A stretch of 64,000 nt of DNA from contig VRVR01000030.1 of assembly GCA_009859145.1 (NCBI GenBank), positions 115,097 through 179,096 of the forward strand, in the 5' to 3' direction. Below the pieces are notes generated by a model. That model searched no databases. It was not told where the DNA came from and saw only the letters and a list, made by a program, of their open reading frames with translations. The position numbers and the translations under genes are program-made. The stretch is from Andalucia godoyi And28 (Eukaryota; Protista; Jakobida). Positions 1 to 12,475 of this stretch are shown here, one piece after another (the first letter of the stretch is position 1; each line of letters starts with the position of its first letter).

Positions 1-1
1 C

Positions 2-268
2 TGCTCCATTCTGAACCCCGCAGTTCTATACGGAAAAGTGTATGCACGAGATGACTCAAAACAACAGCCGCCATTCCCCGTCCCACCGTCAACACCTCCA
101 ATCCCGAACCCCGACGCGTCATGCCCCAAGAACGACAAGTTCGACAAATCCGCATTCCTCGCCGCAGTCGTGGTCCTCGCCTTTTTGCTGTCAATCTCGG
201 CAATCCTCAACTTTGTCCAGTGGTTCAAATTCAGACGACATTCCCGCGGCTTCTCTGCAACCTACTGA
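2..268 (+). CDS. 3' end of a probable single-pass membrane protein (5' part outside window)
   Basis: Frame open from base 2 to TGA at 266-268; Pro-rich stalk then hydrophobic segment AFLAAVVVLAFLLSISAILNFV and short basic tail. Confidence 0.5.
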   Translation, partial: CSILNPAVLYGKVYARDDSKQQPPFPVPPSTPPIPNPDASCPKNDKFDKSAFLAAVVVLAFLLSISAILNFVQWFKFRRHSRGFSATY

Positions 269-670
269 TCTACCGTGCCATGCAGTATCGAGTGTATCGC
301 ACAAAATAATAATAATAATAATAATAATAATATATATAGATACACACGTATAACCCCTCCAAACTCTACATCTCTCGTAGTTCTCCAGTTCCAAAGTAAG
401 CAAGACTTTTTCTTCTCCCGCAGCTCTCTTTTGGATTTCCTGTCCTTCACTAATAGGAAACTCGTTTTAACGATCACCTTTTCTTAATAATGTCTTTGCG
501 TTTTGAAAAGCTTCTCCCAATAAACAACATCGTTATTATTTCTTTGAATTCTTTTCCTTGCATACTTTTTTTCCTTTGCTATTTTTCTTTTTCCTTTCAT
601 TTTCTTTTTCAAATTTTATTATATTTTTTGAGGAGGGCGAAAGGTTTAATTCATTTTCCCTCGACGGATT

Positions 671-673
<3 letters not shown>

Positions 674-703
<30 letters not shown>
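674..703. repeat. (TG)n microsatellite
   Basis: Direct reading of sequence. Confidence 0.95.
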
Positions 704-708
<5 letters not shown>

Positions 709-727
709 GTTTTGTTTTTGAAAGGAA

Positions 728-2356
728 ATGGCGGACTGCGAGTCCAGCAATGCTCATGCGTCTGTGTCTCCTTCCAAGTCGCCGACTGTGCCCTCTTCGT
801 CATTATCAACTCATTCTCCGGCTTTTGTAACGGTGACCAGTCACAACAACAGTAATGGTAATGATAATGGCAACAGTTATAGTAATGGTAATGGTACTGG
901 TGGGAATAAACAAGCAGCGACAGCAGGATTGTCTGATTCGGTGCTTTCGGTGCTGGAATTCGATCGCGAAGTGACCCATCTTGTGCAGGTTTTGGAAAAT
1001 TCATCGGCAGAACTCAGAAGAAAGGACTCGGAGTACGAGGCGCTCCGAAGCATGTACAATGCACTCTCTACTCGCTATGTTGAACTTATTGACATCATCG
1101 ACTCTATCGACGGCATTGACTCGCGACATTCGTCCCAGTCCCAGTCCCAGTCCCAGTCCCAGTCTCATGTTTTGCTATTTTCATCATCGTCGTCGTCGTC
1201 GGCGGCGGCGGCGACAGCAGTTCATGTGGTGAACACTACTACTGGTACCGGTACGACCACGGGTGCTGGCTCTCCAGCGGCTTTCGCTGCTGGTGCGTCA
1301 AAGTCTCCAAGACAGGGGAATGACGTGCTCGGAAGGATGGCGTCGCAGCCGGGGTCGTCTGGGGCGTCGCTTCATGCGAAAATCCGATCGCGGCTTATGG
1401 CGATTGGCCGCTGTTTCAACGAGACAAAGACACATGCGGACTGTCTGGAAGCGGAGCATCGCGTGAAGGATAAGGAGATTACGGGAATGACGAGACAAAT
1501 TGAGATTCTCCAGCGGGAAAACAAGATGCTAGTGGAATCAAATACCCGGTTGATGAGCGAAAAAAGTGCGCAGGAAATGCAGATGAATGCAGACGCAGAA
1601 GCGATCAAACACGCCCGCCATTCAATCCAGGGACTTCAGCTGGAAAACGCACTTGCGGTGGAGCAGATCTTCTTTTTGCGGCAGCAGTTGCTGGATGCAC
1701 TGAATGCCAACAAGGACGAAAGCAACAGGCTGAAAGAACTTCCGTCCAACGTCGTGCACACGCTCACAGATATGGAAAGCCTCGCAGCTGTGGCTGCACA
1801 ACGAGCTGCTTCCATGCCGAATGCCTCCAGTGCGAGTTCTGCAGGGCTTTCCTTGCTATCTGCCGCATCTGGCGCTGCTGTTTTTGTTCCCAACGCGTTT
1901 TCGTCAACTTCCCCTTCCCGGAATGGCGGTTCTCCCGCTGTTCCCAAGCTGCGAATTCCGTCTCAGACGGCGGCACCGATGAATACTGTGGTTCGCGTCA
2001 TATCCACTCGTCACGTTTCTCCGCGCGAACCGACGGCGAACGATCGACCACAGAGCGCCAGACCATCGTCCCCGCAGAGAATTGCGGATCGTGTGTGGAG
2101 ATCAATGACCAAGCAGTCACTTCACAACAAGGACATCGTCAAGCCACTAATCGACACCATCAAGGCGTCGTTCAGGATGCGAGGAATCGACCTTCCCATC
2201 AAGGAGCTGCCGGTGAAGGAGAACGACAGAGACTGCGCGTACATGCTCGGCAGCAGAAAAGTGCACCTAAACGTCCTCGGGGATGCACTGGTCGTTCGCA
2301 TGGGGGGAGGGTATCAGCCGTTCTTGTCATTCTTGGAGCGAACGAGGTTTTCCTAA
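728..2356 (+). CDS. Coiled-coil protein with C-terminal GAS2/GAR-like (microtubule-binding) domain
   Basis: 542 aa ATG ORF; heptad-rich middle; C-terminus YMLGSRKVHLNVLGDALVVRMGGGYQPFLSFL matches the GAS2 VRVGGGW/Y-type signature. Confidence 0.7.
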   Translation: MADCESSNAHASVSPSKSPTVPSSSLSTHSPAFVTVTSHNNSNGNDNGNSYSNGNGTGGNKQAATAGLSDSVLSVLEFDREVTHLVQVLENSSAELRRKDSEYEALRSMYNALSTRYVELIDIIDSIDGIDSRHSSQSQSQSQSQSHVLLFSSSSSSSAAAATAVHVVNTTTGTGTTTGAGSPAAFAAGASKSPRQGNDVLGRMASQPGSSGASLHAKIRSRLMAIGRCFNETKTHADCLEAEHRVKDKEITGMTRQIEILQRENKMLVESNTRLMSEKSAQEMQMNADAEAIKHARHSIQGLQLENALAVEQIFFLRQQLLDALNANKDESNRLKELPSNVVHTLTDMESLAAVAAQRAASMPNASSASSAGLSLLSAASGAAVFVPNAFSSTSPSRNGGSPAVPKLRIPSQTAAPMNTVVRVISTRHVSPREPTANDRPQSARPSSPQRIADRVWRSMTKQSLHNKDIVKPLIDTIKASFRMRGIDLPIKELPVKENDRDCAYMLGSRKVHLNVLGDALVVRMGGGYQPFLSFLERTRFS

Positions 2357-2565
2357 TCATTCTTATTACCGTTTTCCAATACGCTTCCTCTTATGGTTTT
2401 CTTTTTATTCCTTTATCATTATTATTATTATTATTATTATTATTAATTACCGATAAAGCATTTTATTTATTCAATTTCATTGATTCCTAACTTTCCCCCC
2501 CGAGAACGAGGGACGGAAGTCGAAAACAAAAACACGAAGAAAAGGGAGGGAGGGCTTGTACACGG

Positions 2566-3950
2566 CTACAAACATCCTGTGCACTGTGCAACGGTGGAGC
2601 CGTCATTTGCACGGAGGCAGGTAATGCAGCGGTTGCGACGAGACAAGTCTACCGACGTGACATCCATCAAGTTGTGTATTACAAAGAATTGCATGTTGCG
2701 GATGGTTTCATTAGCGATATCATGTTTCTTTTCGTCGGCAAAGTACGAAATCAAGTCTTCGCTCACCAAATCCTCTCGCAGGCGACATCTCTTGAGAATC
2801 TTCTTGAGCGTCCGAGCTCGGAAAAACGACATATCATGCTTCTTTTCATCGACAACATGGAACCCTTCTTCGTACAACTCGGAAATGAGCCTTTGTATGT
2901 CAAAAAGCTGCGATGCGGGTACCGATCCGACGGTCTTTGTGGTTATCAACATGGTCGCAAATCCGCAGAACGGATGCGCATTGAACCGGAACACACCGAG
3001 ACCGAAAGCCGGCAACAGTGACTGCATGCACTTCAAAGATGAGAGCGGCACGAAATCATGAACCCCGATTTCGGCAGCAGTGGCATTCTCGATTGCTTCG
3101 ACCAGCTGAAACACGTCGGTTGAGCCAACACGCGGAAGCGGGCAGCTGCCGCTTGGATCGTTCTTGAGCTTCCGATTGTAATTTTGCACATCCGCCATGA
3201 TTGCCGACGGTGCTCTTTCTAATACGAACATGATCACCCGGACCAGCCCAATATGGGAACGGAGGAGGAGCAGCAAGGGTTCGAGGTTGGGGAATGGAAG
3301 ACTGAGGTGCACCGCAACGGCACATTGCAAGTTCTTGATTCGAACAAGATGCGAAAAAGCCTCGGATAACTCGCTGATCCCTTGTGACTCACCCTTCACT
3401 TCCAAGTATATTCTGACGAGAGGATACAAGTGCGCGTGCAAAAAGCATGAATCTGGAATCCTTGCGAGTACGGAGATGCGGTCAAACGACCCTTCGACAA
3501 GCACATACTGGAAGCATTTCGGCAAGTTGCTCGCAATCACCTTGATATTCGCATTGGTAGATTTCATGTCCGTGGTAAGTCCCAACGAAAGCTTCAACAC
3601 CATTGTCTTTTGCTTCTGTGCGCACTGGGCAGAGAGTTCCGAGATTGTCTGCAGAATACTTTCAATCGGCACAAGCCCATTCTGCTCATTATTCCAAATC
3701 GGTATTTCATAAATAACTGGATCGGAATCTGCCTGCTCCTTATTCAGTCGTAGCATGTCCATCTGCGACTCCACGTCCCTCACCGACTTGGCCTTCGACG
3801 ACAACTTGTCGAGATCTGCTATTCTGTGGTAAAACTCCGAATTGGAACACAGCAGCGTTTCTGGATTTCGGTGCTTCTCGCAGTGTGCTTGCAAGTGCAC
3901 ATCACTTCCCTTTTGAAATACATGCGCATCAATGTAATTCAGACCTGTAT

Positions 3951-4048
<98 letters not shown>

Positions 4049-4280
4049 AACAGCAGCAACAGCGACCATAATGACGATGGCAGTGGCAATGGTAAAGAGA
4101 ACAAGTTAGAGAAGAAGAAGAATCAATCACGAATGACCCATTCCTCAAGAAGAACAGGATAAGTTTGAGAGACTGTGTGTAAGAATGCGTGAGAGAGAAA
4201 AGGCAAAACGTACCTGATTGTTCAATGAGAACGCATATGGGACACACTGTTTTCGTTTCGTACAGCGTTATACTGTTCAT
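2566..4280 (-). CDS. Tes/GDGT-MAS (MJ0619)-family radical-SAM-like protein lacking CxxxCxxC; exons 4214-4280 and 2566-3944
   Basis: GT(4213)..AG(3945) intron joins MNSITLYETKTVCPICVLIEQSG in frame to LNYIDAHVFQKGSDVHLQAHCEKH (CxxC..CxxH); later YLEVKG, DFVPL, HPFCG, HNLMDVTSVDLSRRNRC motifs resemble this family. Confidence 0.7.
3954..4046. repeat. (CA)n microsatellite inside intron
   Basis: About 46 CA units; lies within inferred intron 3945-4213. Confidence 0.95.
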
Positions 4281-5110
4281 CTGCTATCTTGCTGCTCTCT
4301 CCCGTTCTACCTTCGTGATTTCCTTGGGGAGGTTTCTGTTGTTTCTTTCCTTGTTCCCAAAGGGCTTTCCCAGACGCCAAGTCGCCAACCAAGGATTGTG
4401 CGTTTCCAAAACGCAAACACCGGCACTTTCCACGGCTGACCGCTTTGTGTATCAGCTTTGAACATCAAACAAGCAACTTCATACCAGAAGTTTGTTCATC
4501 TAACCCAATAGAGGACGCGATGTTCTTACCGTAGTCAAGTCTAGAATTTCTTTCATTCTGCAGTTTCTTTTCTTTTCTGTTATTCTCTGTTTGTTGGTTG
4601 TTGTTTTTTAAATCATGGAACCCTCAAACACTTTTCATCAGAGACAAAACATTACCGAACCGGCCATGCCCCGAAGATAGCGAGAACCAAACAACGCGTT
4701 GATCCCCTCTCGTCGGAGGCGGAGAGAAAGAAGAAGGGGCGATGACCCGTTTGATGCAGAGCAATCTGCATGGAAGAGTTGGTACTCGCCCCCAAATGAT
4801 TAAAAACAAAAAAACACGTGGCTTGGATCTGTCTTCGGTGACAGCTTAGCCGATGATGGTCGATAACGATTCATGTTTTGGTAAGCGTATGGAGAATGAT
4901 TGGAAAATGAGCAGTTGCGAAATCCAGTCGTTGAGCTGCTGTAGAAATAACGAAATCTAGACGGGTTGCAGAGTGATTCGCTTTTCCGCTTGTAGAAATG
5001 CAGCAGAAACAAAAAGGCAATAAAACAAAACAGCAAAGAGCGAGCGTGCTTGTCACTTCTCGGATTAGCTTGCTAAACGAAGTGCGGGGAGGGAAGGCGA
5101 ACTGAAAATC

Positions 5111-5971
5111 ATGGAGATCAGCGCGGATGACTTGCGAAACTTTTATTCGTCTCGAGGGAGGACAGACTCCTGCGTGGAGTCGACGACTGTGGAAGATGAA
5201 TCGGTTGCTGCTGGACAAACCAAGACCAACCGAGGTGTGCACAGAAATGCAAGAATCCAAAAGGCAAACGACGAAATTGACAATCTGTTTTCCGAATCGC
5301 TTTCAAAGGATGGTGCGGCATCCAACAAAGCAGTGGATGCGGATGCCAAGAACAGGGACAGGACGCGAGTTCGAATTGTTGCATTCACAAAGAAACAAGA
5401 ATGCCGAGTCGGTCAAAGTCCAGCTGCGGTTAAAAAGGCGTCGATGAGTCGAAAGCGAGACGCGGCATTTCTGGCATCTTCTGTGAATGAAGTACTGGAA
5501 AAGCCGAAGGAAACGTACGAATCGCAATTTCCGTTTCTGCAGGTGAAGAGATCCAAGAAGCTCCCGATGAAGGAAGAGGATCACAAACCAGACGAGGAAT
5601 TTCTCAAGGATGCAAGGCTGGTTTCGCAATTCGGAGCGCAGTTTCTGAACAAAAGACAGCGGAAAGCATACGAAGAATCGCACATTAAGAGTCTTGGCGG
5701 AGATTCCGAGACTCGTGAAAAGATGCCTCTCAAGGTACTTCAGGGAATGCGCCAAAAGCACCAGGAACGGATGCAGAAGAAGCAGCATGCTGCCAAGAAC
5801 CAAGGAATGGTGCTGTGGAATTCATATGTGCCACAGATCATGATTCCAACCCATGACAAGGAGAAAAAGGAAAAGAGGTTCCGCGGTTTGAAGGAGACAG
5901 TGGGGAAGTTCAAGGATGGCGTCCTGCACGTACCACAGCATTTGGTTTCGAGCGGGGGTGGCAAAAAATAG
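5111..5971 (+). CDS. 40S biogenesis factor, DUF4602/C1orf131/Faf1-like
   Basis: 286 aa basic ORF; C-terminal KSLGG..EKMPLKVLQGMR..RGLKETVGKFKDGVLHV motif. Confidence 0.65.
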   Translation: MEISADDLRNFYSSRGRTDSCVESTTVEDESVAAGQTKTNRGVHRNARIQKANDEIDNLFSESLSKDGAASNKAVDADAKNRDRTRVRIVAFTKKQECRVGQSPAAVKKASMSRKRDAAFLASSVNEVLEKPKETYESQFPFLQVKRSKKLPMKEEDHKPDEEFLKDARLVSQFGAQFLNKRQRKAYEESHIKSLGGDSETREKMPLKVLQGMRQKHQERMQKKQHAAKNQGMVLWNSYVPQIMIPTHDKEKKEKRFRGLKETVGKFKDGVLHVPQHLVSSGGGKK

Positions 5972-6070
5972 CTCTGATGCTCTTGGCATTTCCTGGTTGT
6001 TAGAAAAATACTTGTCCTGCTACAATCTGCTGTGCTGTTATGTGCTGTGCTGCTGTTGTTGTTGTTGTTG

Positions 6071-9000
6071 TCAGTCGTCCAGCCCTTCTAGAATATTCAC
6101 GTCACCGAGTCCCTCGAGTTCGGTAGCCAGACTCCCGATCACCGGTCGATTGTTCACTGCATCCAAAAACATCCTGTGACGGTTGGCCCAGACCTCCGCA
6201 GGCACGCGCTGAAGCGCAAGCTTTTGCTCATGCAGATGGGCTGGGATTCCTCGCCGATCGTCCAGGACGATGGACGCATCCTTTGCAGAAAAGTTGACGA
6301 TGGTCACTCCTCTTTTGCGGTCGATGTGCACAACATGAATGTTCATGAAGCAAGCAATCATTTTGTTCTCGAGGTGCTGGACTCCCTGAACGAGCCGGTT
6401 CTCGGATTCGTAAAAACTAATGTATCCAATGCGATTGTCCGAGTCGTCAGCAAGAGTGACGGAAATGCGGTACTCATCCCGATCAATGTCGAGGACTTTT
6501 GCAACAATGTCCATATCCTTTGCTGGCGCGAAAGCTTGATCGAGTGCAATGTCTGCAAACCGTGTTGCGTGGCGCTGTCGGTAGAGTTTTTGCATAGAAC
6601 CAACTGTTGAATGATCAGCAGTTGGAATGGCGGTAAGCTTGTTTTTGAATGAGCACAGACCAAGCATTGCGCTGGCGGATGATCGGTCGATGTATTCCAC
6701 CCAGGACATGTCACGAATTTTGTACAGCGTGTCTGAGATGTTTGTTCGTCGAACCGGGGTTGGTGCCGATGCAGACACATTCATGTCATATAGCCGAATA
6801 CAGTTGCCCTCTTTCAGCAAAGCATCCGTTTCTTGGCACGGATTGTAGAAAGAAACGGCAGCCTGGACACCATCCTGCGTCGTGCAGACCGTTCGAACAA
6901 TCCGTGAGACCTTGCGATCGTGCATGTCCACCATTCCGAGTGCAGACAGCCGTCGCGCAACCCGCCGCCGGAGGTTTTGCTGCTTGTCTTCTTGCAATCG
7001 TTGAACGTGATACTGGAGCAAGTGCTTCTGTCGATCAGTCATTATAAATTCAAACGATCTCGCATCGGCAGCAGTTTGCAAGGCAGCCCAAATGGAACCT
7101 CCGTCGTCGAGCGAGCGGAAAGACGACGACGTCACGGGAGAAGATCCTTCCAACGACGAGGCTTCCTCCTTCTCGAGTCTGAGAGTCTCTTCGTGGCGCA
7201 ATTTTTCCGTCAAAATCGCCATTTCTTGTTCTTTGGATCGGCGATAAACGATTTCTGAACGCTCCGTCCTCCAGACTGTCCTTGTTTCGCCCTCTTTCAC
7301 GCCATCTTCATCCTCGGTCCTTTCGTGTTCTTTCATATTGCAAGCCGGTGCTATGACGGGAACCTTCTCGGAGAACTGGGACGGGAATACGCGCTGCACG
7401 ATCACATCAATACATGGCACAGGTCCGGCACGTGCTTTAAGCCCGTTTCCCCCGACCTTGAAACAGTGGAGTGCTTGAAACCCTAATTTTTCATCCTTTG
7501 GAGCGCGACGAGTGGAATTGAAGTGAATCAGCACTTGAGAGGAGTCGTGCTGCGGAGAAAGAGGACTGCACGGTTCGTGTCCGCCGTCCCACGCCATGCT
7601 CATGGTTCGAATCTTCATTCCCGAGAACACGTTTCCGGCGTGGATGAGCGATTCAAATTCCTTGCCTAGTCTGGCCTTCAGAGTATACCACCCATCCGAC
7701 ACGGTCGCCGAACAGAAGCCTGTGTCACTTGCAGAAACATCGCAAATAAGAAGAGTAACGAACCGAGAAACAGGCTCGTCCCCTTCTAGGATTCGGCATA
7801 TGGACGATCGTTGTCCTTGTGCAAATTCGATATTGTAACGGTGCAGAAGCCGCTGCACAACGTGCTTTGGTAACAGACATTTGCCGGCAAGCTGAAGTGG
7901 AAAACGTCTTTCCAGGGAGGCGAGTTTCCAAACGATCTGTTGGATGTGATTACTTACCCACTCGTCGGTGACATGCGATGCCACGCAGCCTTCTGAGAGA
8001 AGAACTGATCGAATATCGGACGGCGTCACACATCGAGCCGGTAGCTGTTCGATGGACACCTCGCCATTGACGACGACATGATTCGCGTCTGTCATTCCCA
8101 TGGAGAGCATGTCCGCCCAATCTGCAGGAATCGAGAACGAATGATCAAACGCAAAATTGGACGCAGAGCTGAAAGTCATGTTCTTCACAACGGCGGACAC
8201 CGCCTGCAGAGGATCTTCTTCCGATAGGTCTTGCAAAGATGCTTCAATCTCGCGCAGATCCTTCAGAGGGACGCGCGTCTTGCATTCTGCACGAATGGTC
8301 GTGCGAAGACAACTGACGAGCAGAGACTTTTTTGAGGTTGAGGAAATCTGCGAACACGCATCACGACTGCTACCCGGTGTCTCAAAAGGAGTCAGTAAAG
8401 ACGAATGCGGGGCCATTGGCGTTCGTTTGGGAATTCGGAAAGGCGTGCTCTTCCCGCCTGTCTGAGGTGCAGTGGGCGGGGCAGACTTTGCGCTCGCTGC
8501 AACGCGGTCAGTCTTTGGAGTCGCAAACGGAAGTGTTGCGGGAACATTCGTGGAAACCGAGGGTTGCAAAGGGCGTTTTTTCGACGGAGACGGCGGTACC
8601 AAAGCTGTCGTCTTGTCTATTTCTGCAAACATTCTGGAGGCTTCTCGAAGCTTTTCTTCCGACACTGCAACAGCCCGCCCTTTTCCGGTTGAAAATCCAC
8701 CAAAGCTTGGGATGTCCGCTGGAGTCGGTGGCGGGCCCGCAGCAACAGAAGCGTCTGATTCCACCAAGACCCGGGCCCTCGCAAGAGCATCCGCACTCAC
8801 AGGAACTGACCTTCCTTTTGCAGTCGAAAATCCTGCACTGGGTCCGGCTGGTGAGGGACCGTTGTGGGCAAGAGACTGCAAGCTCTCGTCAGGTACGGGT
8901 GCACCTGGTCCAAACATTTGCATCGCCTTTGACAATGCGCTTGTGCTGATCTTGACTGCCTTCCCGTTTCCCGTAGTAAAGTCCTGAAACACTGGTGTTG

Positions 9001-9675
9001 CTGGAGTGCCATCGGGCTTTGGAGTTGCTGTCGATTGCAACTCTGCTGTTCGCGGACAGATATGGTCTCCAAAAATCCTGGCGGCTTTGGCTAATGCTTC
9101 CGCGCTGACAGAAGTTGGCTTTCCCTTTGCGGTAGAGAACCCAGGAAATTCGGCACCTGCCGCCGTCATCAATGCCTTTGGAGTTTCCAACAGTGTGCTG
9201 GGAATTGGCAGCGCATCCGAGCTGTTGGTACCCACCGCTCTCCTCTGATAACTTGTGTCCATCCGAAGAAAACTCTGCTGTGACGACTGCGTTCCAAATA
9301 ACTCGTCTGATTTCAGATCCTCCACCAGACTCTTGATAAACGCTTCAGAGGGTTTGTTGACTGACGGTCGGATGACGATTCTTCGCTTCTTTGGCGCTGG
9401 TGCATCGACATCTTCGCTCAAATTTCGGACTGCTAGCACAACAGCGGACACAAGTCGTTAGGATGCAAAGAACAAAATGATATTGTAAAAAATGATATTG
9501 AAAAACCACAATAATAATAAAATGGAAGTGAACGGGGAGGGGAATCCAACAACAACATACCGATTTCCGAATTCTGAGATTCGATTGATGAGGTACTCGA
9601 TATGAGAAATGCGTCCGGCAATAGAGCGAGCGCTTCAGTCAGCTCGGAATCGAGCTCATCCGCAAAGTTCGACAT
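6071..9675 (-). CDS. BRCA2: BRCA2 homolog; exons 9561-9675 and 6071-9432
   Basis: Four BRC repeats (FSTAKGK, FTTGNGK, FSTAKGR, FSTGKGR, about 8630-9140), PFRIP motif, helical domain WVSNHIQQIVWKLASLERRFP, OB1 VSDGWY, tower region; GTATGT..CTAAC..TAG intron gives an in-frame ATG exon. Confidence 0.9.
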
Positions 9676-9749
9676 TGCTGCTGCTGCGAGCACGTAAATG
9701 TTGAAAAGTCTCCTGTACAAGCTTTTTGAAAATCTGAATCGCAAACGTA

Positions 9750-9782
<33 letters not shown>

Positions 9783-10099
9783 CAAATGAGTACAATACAA
9801 GAAATCAAATCAATACTTGAAAACATTTAGATTAATAATAATAATAACAATAATATTAAAAAAGACAAACAAAAAGGAAACGAAAAATCACAGTGAATTT
9901 CAGCCTTCCAACGAGACACACAAAATGTATATATACAGTCGCAGATGCTTTGCGGTCCCGCCAAAACCAAACTCAACGATGCTCAAGCGGGAAAAACATC
10001 GAAGCAGCTACAGTTTTTTTTTTTAATTGTTATTTTTTAATTAATCTTTTTGGATCTTTGGATGCATATTGCAAAAAAAAAAATAAAAATACAGCAGCT

Positions 10100-12019
10100 T
10101 CATAGCTTCTTCGGCTTTGGAGACAAGTGCTTGACGGACTCGATTTTTCGAATAACTTTGGAGGTGTTTTGTCGGATCGCCTGCTCAATCTCATCCAAAG
10201 GAGCCTTGACTTTGTCGACATCGATTCCATGCAAACGCAGCTTTGCCTTTGTTTCCTCCCAATTGGCGAGCAGTTTTTCGCGGTTGGCCTTCAGCGCCTC
10301 TTCAAACCCGCTCTTCTCTCGCACCTCGTCGGACCCGTATAGTTTTAGCATGTGCGGCTGCTCAACCCAATGGACAAACGCAATCTGGCAGGCATGTGCA
10401 AAGACAGCCAATCCAAACACCACAAAAGAATGGCTCAGGATTGCAAGACCGTAGTAGCCTGCAAACCCCATGACAGTTTCCGGGTTGTTGACAAACCGGT
10501 AGATTCCAGAATACCGCAATCTGTGCGGCACGTTGTCGGAGAAGAAAAAGTCTCCATAGAACCAGCCAAAATCGCCCAGAGTTTCATATGTGGACCACGA
10601 GCACCAAATGTTAAGTCCGACCAAGCACAGTCCGATCAACTGTTTTGCAAGATACGAGGAAAAGTCCCAGTCCTCTGGGTACCAATAGAACTTGTAGGCA
10701 GCAATAAAGAAGGAAACGTAATTCATGGTCAGCGATGCATTGTAGATCCGCTTCCAGGAAGAGAACTCCAGGGAAATTCGTCCTGGACGGTTTGACAGGT
10801 ACCACAAAACACCTCCGAGAAACCCGACATGGAAGAGTCTCCAACAAACAAAGTGCAGGACATAAACAAGCAGCGGGATATCCAAAATGTACAAGAGAAC
10901 ATTGTAGCCAATCAAGATCAGCAGCAGCATATCGGCTGCATCAAAGGCATTCAACCGGAACAGCACAATGGGAGAATCGCCCTGTCTTCTGTTCTTTTCC
11001 TCCTCCTTTTCTGACATGGACGAGTAGGTCTTGTCGATGTGGGGGTTTTCCACAAACGCCAAGAAGCAGAGTTGGAACAAATGAGCAAACAGAGACACAA
11101 ACAAGATACGATAGGACCGTGTAATCAAGGACATTCCGTAGAAAAAGGAATATCCAACAGTGTACATCGGATGCGGGAACATTTGGAAAATGCCATCAAA
11201 GACAAGGTTCTTGTCGACCAGGAAGAAAAAGTCACCCCAGTACCATGCATAATCGCCCAGCACGCGGTGTGCATCCCACTTTGCCCACAAATTGAATATG
11301 CAGAGAGCAAATCCCACGATATACTGCAGAGCCTCCCACGCCCCGAACGAGGCCGGAGCTTCAAAAGAAACAGCGCACAAAACCGAATACGCAATAAAAT
11401 CATTTCCAAGAATCACATCGACCAGCCATCGGTACGCAATCCAGGATCTGAGAGCAAGCGGGTATTCTGTGGGGTTGTACGTCGGCCCCATCACTTTTCC
11501 AAACAACCGATCAATCTGGGGGAAATGCTGTGCAAAAGACGAGTACAGTCGAGTAACCGCTAGCGAATTGGACTGAACATGCAGAATGAAACCCAGTCCT
11601 GCATTGTATGAAAATCGCCAGAAAAGAAAGCTCGCAAAGAACCACCACTTTGGAACAACAGGAACAAACGCAAGAATAATCTGAAGGAGGGCAATGCCAA
11701 ACGCTACATACTGAGGAGGGCCCCAGCACGAAGGATGCATCACTGTCTCCATGATCGACTTTGTCTCGGGAACTCCAAACACTACGCATGCATGTTATTT
11801 TCAAATCGAATATTAATAAGTTTCTGATTGGTTGATGGAATGTATAACAGCAGGAAAACGCCCGTTCCTTTGGGGTAGGGGGGGAAAGAGCAAAAGAAAT
11901 GATCATTCATGATTTCACATACCCTCACCAGAAGGAGTGCGTCCCCGGTCCCGAGTGTCTTCTTTGAGGACATCTGTGCCTGACGCGTCCAGCGGCGTTT
12001 GGTTCTCCGACAAGGACAT
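10100..12019 (-). CDS. CHO2: Phosphatidylethanolamine N-methyltransferase, CHO2 type; exons 11923-12019 and 10100-11781
   Basis: Spliced GRTPSGEVFGVPET; duplicated PEMT motifs GDYAWYWGDFF and GDFGWFYGDFF, HPMYTVGY, ENPHIDKTY, EQPHMLKLYG. Confidence 0.88.
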
Positions 12020-12087
12020 TTCTCTCTCGTGTTTTTTTCTTCTTTTTCTTCCTTTTCTTTTCTTTTCTTCTTCTTTGTTTCTCTGTA

Positions 12088-12148
12088 AAAGAACGAAAGA
12101 ACGAAAGAACGAAAGAACGAAAGAACGAAAGAACGAAAGAACGAAAGA
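12088..12148. repeat. (AAAGAACG)7 tandem repeat
   Basis: Seven exact 8-bp units between the divergent CHO2 and mL40 starts. Confidence 0.9.
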
Positions 12149-12475
12149 GGAAAAACAGTTTTGGAAAGCGTTTCTTCTTTTGGTCGCAAATCTCGAATCG
12201 GAAAGAGAAGCGAAAGTGAATCACACAGCAGCCAAAAAAGCAGGACACCTGGCAAAATATCACCCGCGATCCAGCATCAAACCCTCAACTCGCAAACGTC
12301 GTCTTTCTGGGAACTCGGTGACAACCCCCGCGTTTGTTTTTCTTCTGCATTTTTTTGTTATTTCATATTTAATAAGTATTATTTTTCTTTTTCTTCTTCT
12401 GTTCCTACATCCGCAGCGAGAACGGAAAAGAATAAAAGGGGGTGTGAAAAAGGAAGAAGAAGAAGAAGAAGAAGA

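Noticed and set aside
3826-4109. ORFs with poly-HT or poly-CV tracts, including the track's N-terminus of 2566..4104
   Set aside because: Translations of the (CA)n microsatellite inside an intron
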